A DNA stretch of 64,000 nucleotides from Vicugna vicugna (Eukaryota): assembly GCA_013265495.1 (NCBI GenBank), contig MU058337.1, positions 3,130,686 to 3,194,685 on the forward strand. Reading direction: 5' to 3'. The position numbers and the translations under genes were made by a program. The first letter of the stretch is position 1; each line of letters starts with the position of its first letter. The notes beneath the pieces are model-generated. The model made no database searches and had not been told where the DNA came from. It worked only from the letters and a program-made list of their open reading frames with translations. This document shows, piece by piece, positions 13,501 through 25,263 of the stretch.

Positions 13501-13699
13501 AGCTAAATAAGTGAGCAAGCGTCCATTCTTGGTTTATGACAAAGAGGCAGTGCAGTCATCAAAATAATTCCCCATCTGCGTGTCTGTTCCTCACACGACG
13601 TGCTAGGAAGAAGTTGAAACTCGCCATGATTTTCATTATTACTTCACTCTGTCTGAAAGTTCTAATTAATTGAATAACACAAGAAACAGATATGTGAGC

Positions 13700-14790
13700 T
13701 ATCTGTGTTGGATAAAAGTGTAAAACTACCAAAACACAGCAGAGGAGAAGTCTTCCCAGTGTTGGTCTGGGCGAGCATTTTGGCTTTGACACCAAAAGCA
13801 CAGGCAACAAAAGCAAAAATAGACAAGTAGGAGTGTGTCTGTTGACTGAAATCAACGCACAGCCTAAAAGTCGAGAGTCATGTTTTATTTGGCAGACGTT
13901 TCTGAGGACTCGAACCCCTTCGAGCCCTGGATGACAGCCTCACAGATCCCTCCAAGGGTCTGCTCCAAAAAGGTAGGGGAGGAGCTAGGATGTATAGGAG
14001 CTTTACAATAAAGACCAGGTAGTCGGAACATTAAAAGATTACTTGTTAACTAAAGAAAACCAGGCATCTCAAGTTAAAGAATTTAGCGTTTTTCTACGTA
14101 TGGGAGGAGGCAAACATTTGGGGTCATTGAATTCATTCCTTTGACAAGCACCTAGCTATCTCGGGCCAGTGTCCTGTCCTTTCTTATTCCGCGTCCCCTC
14201 AGGGTGCACCACTGTGAGTGGCTGCAGAGCAGGGCTGCAGGCTTGTCTTCCCTGGGGGGTGGCAGCAGCCACTGATGTCTTGATAGCTTCAACATTCTTT
14301 GTTTACTGATGTGGTTTGCAGTATTTTTCGTTCACACATCACACAAAAAAAGCTTCTGTACAGCAAAGGAAATAATCAATAGAGATTATTGAGACAATCT
14401 ATGATTGGAAGAAAGAAAATATTTGCAAACTGTACACCTAATAAGAGATGAATAACCAAATCATGTAAGGAAACATCACAGCACAAAAACAAGAAAAAAC
14501 AAATATTTTTATTTTAAAAATGGGCAAAGAACTTGAATAGACATTTTCCCAACAAAGAAACACAAATGGCCAATGGGTATTTTAAGATATATTCAGTATC
14601 ACTAACCACCAGAAAAATGCACATCAAAATCAGAAGGAGAAACCACCTCACACCTGTTATGATGGTTTTTATCAAAAAGACAGAAAATAACAAGTGTTTT
14701 GTTGAGAATAAGGAGAATTGGCACCTTTCTGCACTATGGGTGGAAAGTAAATTGGCGTAGCTGTTGCAGAAAACAGCAAATTAAAAATTA
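13700..14790 (+). mobile_element. L1 ORF2 C-terminal fragment interrupted by an LTR
   Basis: 'gacaccaaaagcacaggcaacaaaagcaaaaatagacaagtagga' continues after the LTR as 'catcacacaaaaaaagcttctgtacagcaaaggaaataatcaa'; ORF 14533-14760 (NRHFPNKETQMANGYFKIYSVSLTTRKMHIK...HLTPVMMVFIKKTENNKC) is L1 ORF2p-like. Confidence 0.9.
13840..14336 (-). mobile_element. ERV1 solo LTR, MER41-like (ungulate type)
   Basis: TG...CA termini (tgttgactga...cgttcaca), 497 bp, minus-strand AATAAA ('ttttattt' near 13884), MER41-type text 'aaagaaaaccaggcatctcaagttaaagaatttagcgtttttctacgtatggga'; 4-bp flanks tgtc/catc. Confidence 0.85.
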
Positions 14791-14828
14791 AAATATACCA
14801 TAAAGCATTGAAGGATATAGTGTCTTAC

Positions 14829-15434
14829 TGATGCAGGAAAACAGATGTGGGGCATGAGGAGGGCCATGTCCCAGGCTTTGGTTGAGCCCCTGGGACATGC
14901 CCCGCTAAGTGTGGATCCTTGGCTTCACGCAGGAAAGAATTCAAGAGTGAGCCACAGTTGAGTAAAGGTAGATTTATTCAGAGAGATAGCTGGAAAGGCA
15001 AGAGAAAAGCCACAAGGTGTGGGGGTTGGGTGCTCAGATTAATAGTAGGTACACACTCCAAGACAGAGTGTGGGCTGACTCCAAAGAAGGAGAGAGAGGA
15101 GAGGCCGCGAGGTGCCGTGTTGCTGATTTTTATGGGCTTGGTGGCCTCATGTGCTAATAAGTGGGAGGACCAGTCTCAGTGGCCTGGGGAAGGAGCTGGG
15201 ATTCCCAGGAAGTTGGCCATTTCCCACTCTCTGACCTTTTGTGGCTAGCCTTGGGACTGCCATGGCGCCTGTGGGCGTGTTATTCATCATGTTAATATGT
15301 TACAATGAGCATATAATGAAGCTCAAGATCTACTAGAAGTTAAATCTCTCATCATCCTGAGCTCAAGGCCGAATGGGGGTTGACTCTTCCACCATTTTGA
15401 TGTTAATTGCTGTGGCCGTCCCTTTCCTGTCTCA
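14829..15434 (-). mobile_element. ERV1-class solo LTR with perfect 4-bp TSD
   Basis: TG...CA termini (tgatgcagga...ctgtctca), 606 bp, flanked by TTAC at 14825-14828 and 15435-15438; antisense LTR text 'cttggcttcacgcaggaaagaattcaagagtgagcc' and minus-strand AATAAA ('tttatt' near 14973). Confidence 0.9.
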
Positions 15435-16429
15435 TTACTCCTGGAGTAAAGGGGAAGTGTGGGTTTTTGTTTGTTTGTTTGTTTGTTTTTACTACTCGAT
15501 AAAATAAAGACAGTATTTTATTCTGAGACAAAAGTTGACTCAGTTTACTGCCATTTATAAAAGATTTGCATCCCATACACAGTTCCTGGAAGTCCTCTAA
15601 CACAACCCACCGCATTTGCAAGTACCACTTGGTCTTCTCTGTGTCTCTAGGTAGTTACTGCTCTTGTTGTAATAAGGTCCTTTGTCTTTGACTCAGGAGT
15701 CTGATGTCCACTGTCAGCATCCAGGAAACTGTGACAAACTAGTATGTAATTAGAGTAAAATTCAAGACCCATTAGAGTTCCTGATAATTGGATACAAACG
15801 TTTTTAAAAGACTTGCCAGTGTACATGCAAAAAAACTCCAAGCTCAATAATAAGCAATGAGATTCAGAGCAGACAAAAAAACTTCATTCTTTAACGGTTA
15901 AAAGTATGAACACTTTTCCATGAATGTTTATAAGGGTTTTGGCACTTTCATTTACTACTGCTACCAATGCTCAATTCTATGCGGGTGATTCAGTGATATG
16001 TTGAAATGGCTTTAAGATGTACACCTTAGTGAAATAAAATGTTTACATAATACATCAATTTAGTTTATAAGAACTTATGACTCCTAGTCTCAGCAATGAT
16101 GTAGTCACAAGAACTTTCTTTGTGACTTTGATCATGATATAAAACACTGAAATACTTTATACATAATATCTAACAGTAATATTTTAGATGAACAAAATCA
16201 GTTATCTTGAGATGAAATGTTTTGTAGCAACAACAATGTGCTTTCAGACATTTTCTTTGCTGACATGGGAAAATTATAACTTAGCTAATTGGAATAAGGA
16301 TGACACAAAACAGAATTTTTAGAACAATTCCAGATTTGGAAGATAATATATTTAGATACACTGAAAATGGAAAGTGTATACTCTCACCATATACTAGTGG
16401 ATGTCTTAGATGTATTAGTTGATAAATAA

Positions 16430-16725
16430 ACAGCAGGCTAGACATACAAATTTTAGAATATTCAGCATCTAAAAGAGTTGAAACCAAAACTTTGGATAAG
16501 TTTACCAAAGAGGGGTGGAGAGAAACATGAGAATCCAGGGACTAAATCCTGAGTCTAATGTAACTAGATTAACAAGAGACTGAGATAGAGAGGCCTGGTA
16601 TCAGGAAGAAACCCCGGTGAAAATATACTTGGAAGCCAAGTAAAAGTACTGCATCAAAAAAAGGAAAACCTGCTTAAGTGGGGCAAATGACATTGAGTAA
16701 GATGAAGACTAAAACTGACCTTGGA
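16430..16725 (-). mobile_element. L2 fragment (degraded)
   Basis: Antisense L2-like purine-rich text 'gacatacaaattttagaatattcagcatctaaaagagttgaaacc...gagtaagatgaagactaaaactgaccttgga'. Confidence 0.5.
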
Positions 16726-17694
16726 CACGAGGAGTCCAATATTCCAGGAAGTCCTTTAGGAAATAGTTATCTCACTTTTTGAGATCAACGAAACAACCAC
16801 CCTTACTTATGCCCGTAATTTTAAAATCCCGAGTAAAATAATGACAAAAATATATCTTTCTGTAGTATGATAAGAACACACCATTAATAAGTGGGATTTG
16901 GAACTGAAATGCAAAAAAAAAAAAATGTTTGCATGCTGGGAAATGCAGTAACGTCTGTTACATTAGAAAACCAAGTGAGAAAAGCTCTATCACCATTTTT
17001 AAGGGATTCAAGAAGACATTCTTGAAATTCCTCAGTAAGCCATGTGGAATGGGGGAGGCTATTTCTTCACCTAATAAATACAAGGAGTTATTATGGCTTT
17101 TAATTTACATTTTTGGTTTTGAATTTTTGAAGATGTAAAAGATCTTTTTGTTTTTAAGAACACATGCACTTAGTCTTCTGGATAGACTAAGATGAATCAA
17201 AAATCATTTAAAAACTTGAAAACAAAATGAATAATAGCATATTCCATCTATTTAGATCTGTAAGTTTGCATATTTAATATCATATTGATTTATACTTTGT
17301 TTTGATTTATCAACTCAAGAATAAACCATAACTGGAATTCCCTCTTGAAGTTAAAAAATGGCCTGCATCTGGTTGAGAATATAGACAGAACTGTAAAATC
17401 CAAACAGTTTCCAGCCCATGTATGTTTTATGTTGTGATCAATGGCCACCACAGAGGTAAACAAGGCCATAGGGGGAAAAATAGTTGAGAATGAAAAAAGA
17501 CTCCTATGATATGACTTTTGCGGACTGATGTGTTTAATTGAATGACTTGATACACCTCTTAAACTGTGTAAATAACTAAAACTCTGGATGAAGAACTAAT
17601 TTGATACAATTATTAACATGGTAATGGGAAAATTCAGGGATTACAAAGCCAGAAAGGTAGTTAAGCGGTTTCTGCTTCTCTTCTTTCATTTACG

Positions 17695-19075
17695 GTTTCT
17701 ATTGTGGCAAGAATAGCTCATGTAAGATGTAACCTCTTACATTTTTCAGTGCCCGTTAGAGCGTTGTTACCACAGGCTTGGTGTCATGCGGTAGATCTCT
17801 AGAATTTATTCATCTTGCATAATCAAAACTTTATGGCCACTGAACATTTTCTGCTCCTCTCTTTCTGTAAGTTTGACTATTTTAGATACCTCATGTAAGT
17901 GGAATCACGCAGTATTTATCTTTTTGTAATTTGCTTATTTCACTTAGCATAGTGTCCTCCGCAGTCATCCGTGCTGTTACATGTGGCAGGATTTCCTTCC
18001 TTTAAAGAGCTGAATTGTATCCTATTTTCCTTTTCCATTCATCAATCGAGGGATGTTTAGGTTGCTTTCATATCTTGGCTATTGTGAATAACGTTGTTAT
18101 GAACATGAGAGTGTAGATATGTCTTTGAGGTCCTGATTTCAACACCTTAGGATACATACCCAGAAGTGCAATTTCCAGATTACATGGTAGTTCTATTTTT
18201 AATATTTTTAGGAGTGTCCGTGTTATTTTTCATAGTGGCTGCACCATTTTGCATTCCCACCAACAGTGTAAAAGTATTTCAATTTCTCCACATCCTTGTC
18301 AGTATCTGTTAACTTCTTTTTTCTATAATTGCCATTCTAACAGGTTTGAGGTACGATCTCATTGTGCACTCCCCATGGATCAGTAATACTGAGCATTCTT
18401 TCCCATACCTCTTGGCCATGTGTGCGCCTTTGTTGGAGAAATGTCTAAGTCCTTTGCTCGTTTCCATTGGGTATTGCCATTTGCTACTGAGTTGTAGGTG
18501 TTCCTTATACATTTTGGAAATTAACCCCCAATCAGATATATGGTTTGCAAAAATTTTCTCCCTTTCTATAAGCTGCATTTTCACTGGGGTTTCTTTGTTG
18601 TGCAGAAGCGTTTCAGTTTGATGTAATCCCACTTGAATGTTTTTGTTTGTCCTTTGGTGTCATATTCAAGAAATCATTGCAAAGACTAATGTCATGAAGA
18701 CTTTTTTCCCATTTTTTTCTCATAGTTTTATATTTAAGCCTTTGAGCCATTTAGAGTTGACTTTTGTATATGTTGTGAACTAAAGATCCAACTTCATTCT
18801 TTGGCATGTGGATATCTGGTTTTCTAAACACCATTTGTTGAACGGACCATCCTTTTCCCATTCTGTATTCTTGACAGTGTAGTTGAAGATCAGTTGATCG
18901 TATCTGAGTATCTATCTCTGGATTCCCTATCATGTTCCATTGGTCTATATGTCAGATTTTGTGTCAGTCTCATACTGTTTTGATTACTATAGCGTTCTAA
19001 CGCATTGGAAGTCAAGAAGTGTGAGAGCCCCAGCTTTGTTCTTTCTCAAATTTGCTTTGGCTATTTGGAGTCTCA
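17695..19075 (-). mobile_element. 5'-truncated L1 (L1MA/L1MB-like) 3'UTR and ORF2 C-terminus
   Basis: Antisense 3'UTR 'gtagatctctagaatttattcatcttgcataatcaaaacttta'; minus ORFs 18309-18632 (EKIFANHISDWGLISKMYKE...MRSYLKPVRMAIIEK) and 18751-18933 are ORF2p remnants with frameshifts. Confidence 0.92.
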
Positions 19076-22000
19076 AATCATAGCATGGGTTCTTCCCTAC
19101 TTGATGTGACAGTCTCTGGGTCATTTCAACATAAGATTGTGTATTTCATAAATTTTTAAAAAATATTGAAAAAGGATTTCTCTTTTTACATAGAAGAACA
19201 GATTTAATTAGGATTGGCAAAAGTAAAATTGGCCCTCACTTTTTTTACTTCATATAGCAAATTCTCCACTCTGCCCTTCTGGATTTCTGATATTTGAGAT
19301 TCCTTTTAGATCTAAATACATTACATATTGAAGTACAGTATGTTTAAATTATAAGCAATCTTAGAGATCATAATTTTAATCTTTCATTTTTTAGTTGAGA
19401 GAATTGGGACTCAGTGAGTATATGGAAGTAATTTGGTTAGAGTTAGTTATTTTCTCAGCCAAAAAAAAAAAACTTATTTTTCGTCACACATAGTATATGC
19501 TGCCTTATGTGTGACTACTGTTAGGTTATTACTTCAGTGCAAAAAGGTAAATAATAAAAACGTAATATCAGAAGCCCTCATTAGGATACTTCTGATGTAA
19601 TATTATTGTTAGACAGACTCACTGAGGGAGTCATCGGTTTCATTGATATTCTAGAGAATTACAGGAGGAAAATTCACCAACACTAATGCCAGTTACGTAT
19701 GTAAATCCTCTGTTCAGTGATGGGAGAATGACCCCAAAATGTTTGACTTAATTCATCTTTTCTGAGGCCCTTCACTACAGAACTAAAAATCTAAATAATG
19801 AGTAGGGACAGAGTATTAAGTATCTTTCTGCACTTAGGGGATGATTAATTGTGATGGCTGAACCCTTGAACATTAAGTTGAATACTAATCTGATGACAGA
19901 GTCTGGAAATAAGCCAGTACTATGCATACATCTGGGTGCTTTCTACCCTTTTTGACAGAATAATAAAGAGAAAAAGAGGAACATATTAACAGTTTATATT
20001 CATTCCACTTAACACAGTCTCCTTTCAATGTGTGTGTAAGTTAAATGGAAAAGTAAATTTCTCAGAACGTCTTGGGCATAAATATAAGCTGCATGTGTAT
20101 CTCTGGTTGATGTGATACTGGTCTCTGGGTTTTGAGATATATGATGTGAATCTTCTCCAAACACAAGTGAGGGAAGGAAACAATAGAGAGGATCTAACCT
20201 GAGCCCATAATTTACACTCGCATCTCCGTCGCGCTTGGCTGTTGTCCTGCGGACCGCTTGGAGAGAAAGTACAGTCCTGTGTAGTTGCAAAATGCTTTCA
20301 GGTGGTTTTGATTTACAGAGAGAATACTCACAAAATTGCTCTGTATCACGTGGATTCACAGAGCTGGTGCAAGTAAACTCAAAGGACAAATGGATAAAAG
20401 GTCAAAGATAAAATGTTATTAAACCCTTTGCCAATAGACAATAAAAATAGGGGAGCCACTTTCACAGAAAGAGCTGGAAAAACAGGAAGCTCTTTCAAAC
20501 GTACTTTTATTGTTCCAAGGATTAGCCGTACCCCGACGATCACAGAAGGGGAAAAATTCTTCAGGTGCTTATTTCTAAATCCCCCTTCTCTAGCTTTGGT
20601 GTTTAGAAATAGAGACGAGTATGAGGTTTAGTATCAGCCTCCCTGAGCACTGATACGTTTCTTCTTTCTTCAGTATGGATCAATTTGGTCATGACACCAT
20701 CCTTCAGAGAGTCCACCTTGCTGCATTCATTTGAAATAAAGCACCGCACTATTGCTGTGCGCTAGGATTTTTCCCCATCAACTCGCTGCTTTTGTCCACT
20801 GCCATCTCCTGTGATCTGAAAGTAGGTACGTAGAAGAGCTTACCAAGTTCATATTAATTATTTTGAATAAACAAAATTGTAAAACTTCATATGAGCTCCT
20901 CTGAAATCTTTTTTGAGGGAGGATATCTGACCACATGCTCGTATTATGTCAACTGTATGTGGCTATAAACAGATAAACAAAACTGGGTTCCCGCTTCTGT
21001 GTTGTGCTCCATCATAGCACAAGGTTACGTTCCCGAGAAGTACTGCAAAGCATAGAGACATCATTGTGTTTTCTCAGTGATATGATGATAGGGTCCATTG
21101 TTTCACGTAAATAAAATAACTATTTTCAGTCATCTGTCTTTTAAATGACCGTAAAGTTGGACGTGGAGTCTGCCTCTTTGATGTATATACTTTCCTGTGA
21201 AAACTCTGCCAGAAACCTCTGCTTTCTCTTACTTTTCCTCCTCCCCCTTATTGTCCCAGTTGGGTAACTCAGCATTGAGTGGATCAGCTTACCTCCTGTG
21301 CTCCTTTCCTTCTCTAACATTCTGTCATTTTACACATTATCTGTATTTATTTCACAAAGCCTTGATCTACATGCAGAAATGCCTTCGGTATTTTTTGGAG
21401 AGAACAGAAAGTCATTAATCTGCCAACATGTGGACTTCACAATATTATATATTTAGTTTTATTTTGTAACATCCTACAAAATACATTTTAAATTTTCCAC
21501 TACCTTTTTTCTTTTGCTTTGTCTTTGCCTAGCAGGCAGAAAGCCAAAAAGCCGAAATTATAATTAGGAGATACTAGAGAAAGAAGATTTCTCCAGGAAA
21601 TCTACTCAGGAAGGAATAGTAGAGAAAATTTTCTCTGTCCATTTTAGGAGCAAAGGGAGATTTTAGGACTGGTGGGAGGAAGGCAAAGGAGTCAGAAGCC
21701 TGCACCCCCAGACGGAGAACATGACACCACAAACTCAAGACCTTGTGGTGCCTAATCATCTGCAGATGCAGCCTGGGGCAGGTCACAAGCATCCAGGAGA
21801 AATCGTCCCCTCTGGTGGTCCATACCAATGATGTAGGAGTAAAACCGTAGCACTTCAGCAGTGGGGAAGGGATGCCAAAATGTAAACTTGTCTAAAGCAG
21901 GAATTCTCATTACCCGCAGCCACTGAGCAGCATTCAGGACAGTCAGAGTTTTCTCTCTCCAAATGGAGAGATAGAATCCTGAGTGTGGATAGGACTTGTG

Positions 22001-22249
22001 TCCATGCAGAGTCTCAGTTCTTCAGTAGGAAACCAGGGTTAGGACAAAGAGTGGGAGTAATTCTGCATTCGAGTTGAAGGCTGGGACTGCGGATTTCCAC
22101 AGCAGTGGCATGGTGACAACCCAAAGAACCAAAGAGACCAGCTCTGTGTGGGGTCAGACTCACCTAGTAGACACTTCATGTCAAAGATCAACATCAGCTC
22201 AAGAATAAGACAAGGTCCCCCCCGCACCCCAACAGCTCTTCACCAAAAT

Positions 22250-22565
22250 GATACACAAGATGATAAATAAGCATATAAAACATTAATATTAATAATCACT
22301 AGGGACATGCAAATTGAAACTCAAATGGCTACAACTGCACCTCAGCTGGGAGAGCTAAAATGTAAAAGACAGACCACACCAAATATTGATGGAGATGAGG
22401 AAGACCAGGAAATCTAAAACACAACCCATGGGGGTGCAAATAACACAACACTTTGGAAAACAGTCGTACCATTTCTTAAAAGCTGAATCCTACACTGACC
22501 CAGCCATTACACTCCTAGGTAAGTTTTATTCTCTAGGCACCCAAGATAAATGAAAGCGTATGGAC
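22250..22565 (+). mobile_element. Old L1 ORF2 3' fragment
   Basis: 'agggacatgcaaattgaaactcaaatg...ctttggaaaacagt...gacccagccattacactcctaggta' matches the conserved ORF2 C-terminal region. Confidence 0.75.
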
Positions 22566-23894
22566 AGCACTGAAGTAGATGAAACAAAGATATCTTTAAA
22601 TGGGCGACTTTAAGTCCCAAAGCCTTCTCCTGTGTGCTCACCCCATCTCGTGTCTTCTGGAGGAGTTGAAAGTTGAGAACACAATATTACAGAAAAACAT
22701 TTTTTTTTGAAATCTGTTGCGTTTTAAGTATAAACTTTTAATTTCATTATTCTAACAACTCTCCGTTATGAACACATTTTTTATAAAATTCATTGACCTT
22801 TAAGTAAATCCTTGTGCACTTTCCAGAGCTCAGTTCAATAAGCACGTTTATCCTGCCCTCTGCTTGGGGGAATATTATATATACATTATGCAAACATCTT
22901 TACTAAGCTCAATCACGGTGCACTGAGTTTAAATAGACTTTATCCATATCTTTGAAATCTTGATAAGACAAATGTCTATATTCTAGAAATTGTGTGATTC
23001 ATATGTAGTTGCCTTGAGTATTTCTTTGAGAAGAAAACTGGTAGCACGCCTGGAGGTGGGATGCTGGACCTTTCATACAGTTTCTGTACTTTCTGGGAAA
23101 GAAAATATGATGACAAAGCCATAACCAAAAAAAAAAAAAAAGAACAGAAAAGAAAAACCATCAGAGCAAAAAGCTAATCCTGCCAACTGGTTAATTGGGT
23201 AAAACTTTTTGCAAGGCCACAATGTGTGATACGAAGCTGGGTGCCATTTAAATAAGGCACATGTGAAGCAGGTACAGACACCCATATTGTGATAGGAAAA
23301 TAAAATACACAAACAAATAGTACATTTATTATGAATATTGAAATAATTGGCAAAAGATAATCTTGTATCTCACCAGATGTTTTTCAAAATAAAATAAAAA
23401 CATAGTTAGCAGTTTTCCTAAAAGTCACTGACCACGGGGCTCCCTTAGGTTACTGACTTACTAACACGCACCCTGTTTCATCTCCAAGCCCTGCAGGCAG
23501 TGCGGGCCTTGAGAGTTTTCTATGAGTGCGCTGGGCTTTGCCAAGGCCCCTCGTGAAAGGAACACTCCAGGACAGGTCCACAATGAATGAAGGAAGAGCC
23601 TAGAGAAGGGAAATGGCTACTTAAAAATGTGATGTCAAGTGAAGTCCAGCTTGTAGCCAGCCCCCAGCAGGAGCTCGTCCCTTGCCTTGATGCAAGGGAC
23701 TTGGGTTTTGTAGGGCCTGGGGGAAACTTCCAGGCTCCTCCTTACAAGGAGGCTTCAACCGCCCCACAGGCAAAGCCTGGGATGGAGCAGGCGAGGAGCA
23801 AAGAGTGAACCCCCAGCAGTGTGGAGGGAAAGGGCAGAGCGGCGGAACCAGCCGAGGACCCGGGCACCTGGTCCTGAACCCGCAGCCTCTGCTA

Positions 23895-24040
23895 CAGGCG
23901 TGCTCACTTATTTAATCCTGGAGGTAACCTGCCAGGTAGACACTAATTCTAAGTCTGTTTTTTCAGAGGAAACTGATGCACAGAGAGGTTACTAGCAAGC
24001 CAGTTTTACACAGCAAGTAAGTAGCAGCACCACACCTGGA
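23895..24040 (-). mobile_element. MIR SINE fragment
   Basis: MIR core 'tttaatcctggaggtaacctgccaggtag...tttttcagaggaaactgatgcacagagaggtta...cacagcaagtaagtagcag'. Confidence 0.75.
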
Positions 24041-25123
24041 GGAAAGAAAGGGAGGGTTGGAGAGATGAAACTGCGGAGAGCAGGGGAGAGGGAGGGTGAG
24101 AGCCAGCCAGTCTGCGCAACATGCTCTTGATCCCTGCTCTTCAGGGATTCCCGCAGAAACTGGGCAAGTCACACCGATTGCTGTCAGCAACGTTTGAGGT
24201 TCTTCACCTGGTTTTCAATTTACAGAGAAACTTGGGTCAAGACACATGATACCTATGACACTAGTCCAGAGATACACATTTTGAAAAATCCGATTTTTCA
24301 TTTCAAAATTGCAATGAAAATGACAATCTCTAATTTAACCACCAGGAAACTCCTTACTCTGTTTTTCCAGGACATTTACTTGGACATTTAACTTCTCTCT
24401 CTCATGTTTCATGATACAGAGATTGCATATTTATAAATACAATCCCTGGTTCCTGCACGGTGACCTAGGTGAGTGATATGCAAACTAGTCTAAGGCAAGC
24501 CATGTTATCTCTAGGTGACTGGGTTTCAGTATTTTGCAATATGAAGACATTACGATACATCATATATTTTAGGTTTTAAAATATAGTATATTTCAAAAGA
24601 CGTTTAAAGTGGAAATACACTTTAGAAATTTTAAAGTATGTTTATTATGGATACTTTTCAAAATGACATTATTTTTGTAATCTGATGGCTACAAAAAATT
24701 CATATCCACAGTGGCAACTCCTTTGTTCTTCATTGATAATCGGTTTTTGTCCCTTACTTTGTCTCTGAGCTTTTTCCTGCAGCCTCAGTTGCACCCTTGG
24801 TACCTCCTACCTAGAACCGCAAAGGATCTACCTGACATATGTTAGCAATATCAAATCACTTCATCCCTTTTTTCTATATCTATGATTATAAATCAACATA
24901 ATCTATCTAAATCATGTGGCATTAATTAAATAACTTATGGCAACATAATTGGTTAAATCTAAAATCTCATTTCTTTAGCCAGGATGCTTCATAGGTACCC
25001 CTCCCTTTCGCCTATTCCTGCCCCTTCAGACAAACTCACCTAGATCCCTATGTCTTTTCAATCCTACACCTAAAACTGAACTTCCTTTTAAGTTGTCTTG
25101 CATTGGTTTCTAAATCATGTGGC

Positions 25124-25263
25124 TTTTTTTTTATATTTGACTTTCATTTTATTATTTTTAAAAAATTTTTATTGACGTGTAGTTGATTTATAATGTTAAT
25201 TTCAGTTCACAGCAAAGTGATTCAGTTATGTAAATGCATATATATTTATGTATAAATATATGA
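25124..25263 (-). mobile_element. Very short 5'-truncated cetartiodactyl-type L1 3' end with TSD
   Basis: T-rich tail then 'ttttattgacgtgtagttgatttataatgttaatttcagttcacagcaaagtgattcagttat'; flanked by aaatcatgtg at 25112-25121 and 25264-25273. Confidence 0.75.

Noticed and set aside
20009..20389. 126-aa minus-strand ORF with a CpG-rich core
   Set aside because: Non-ATG start, no recognisable homology and no flanking splice signals.
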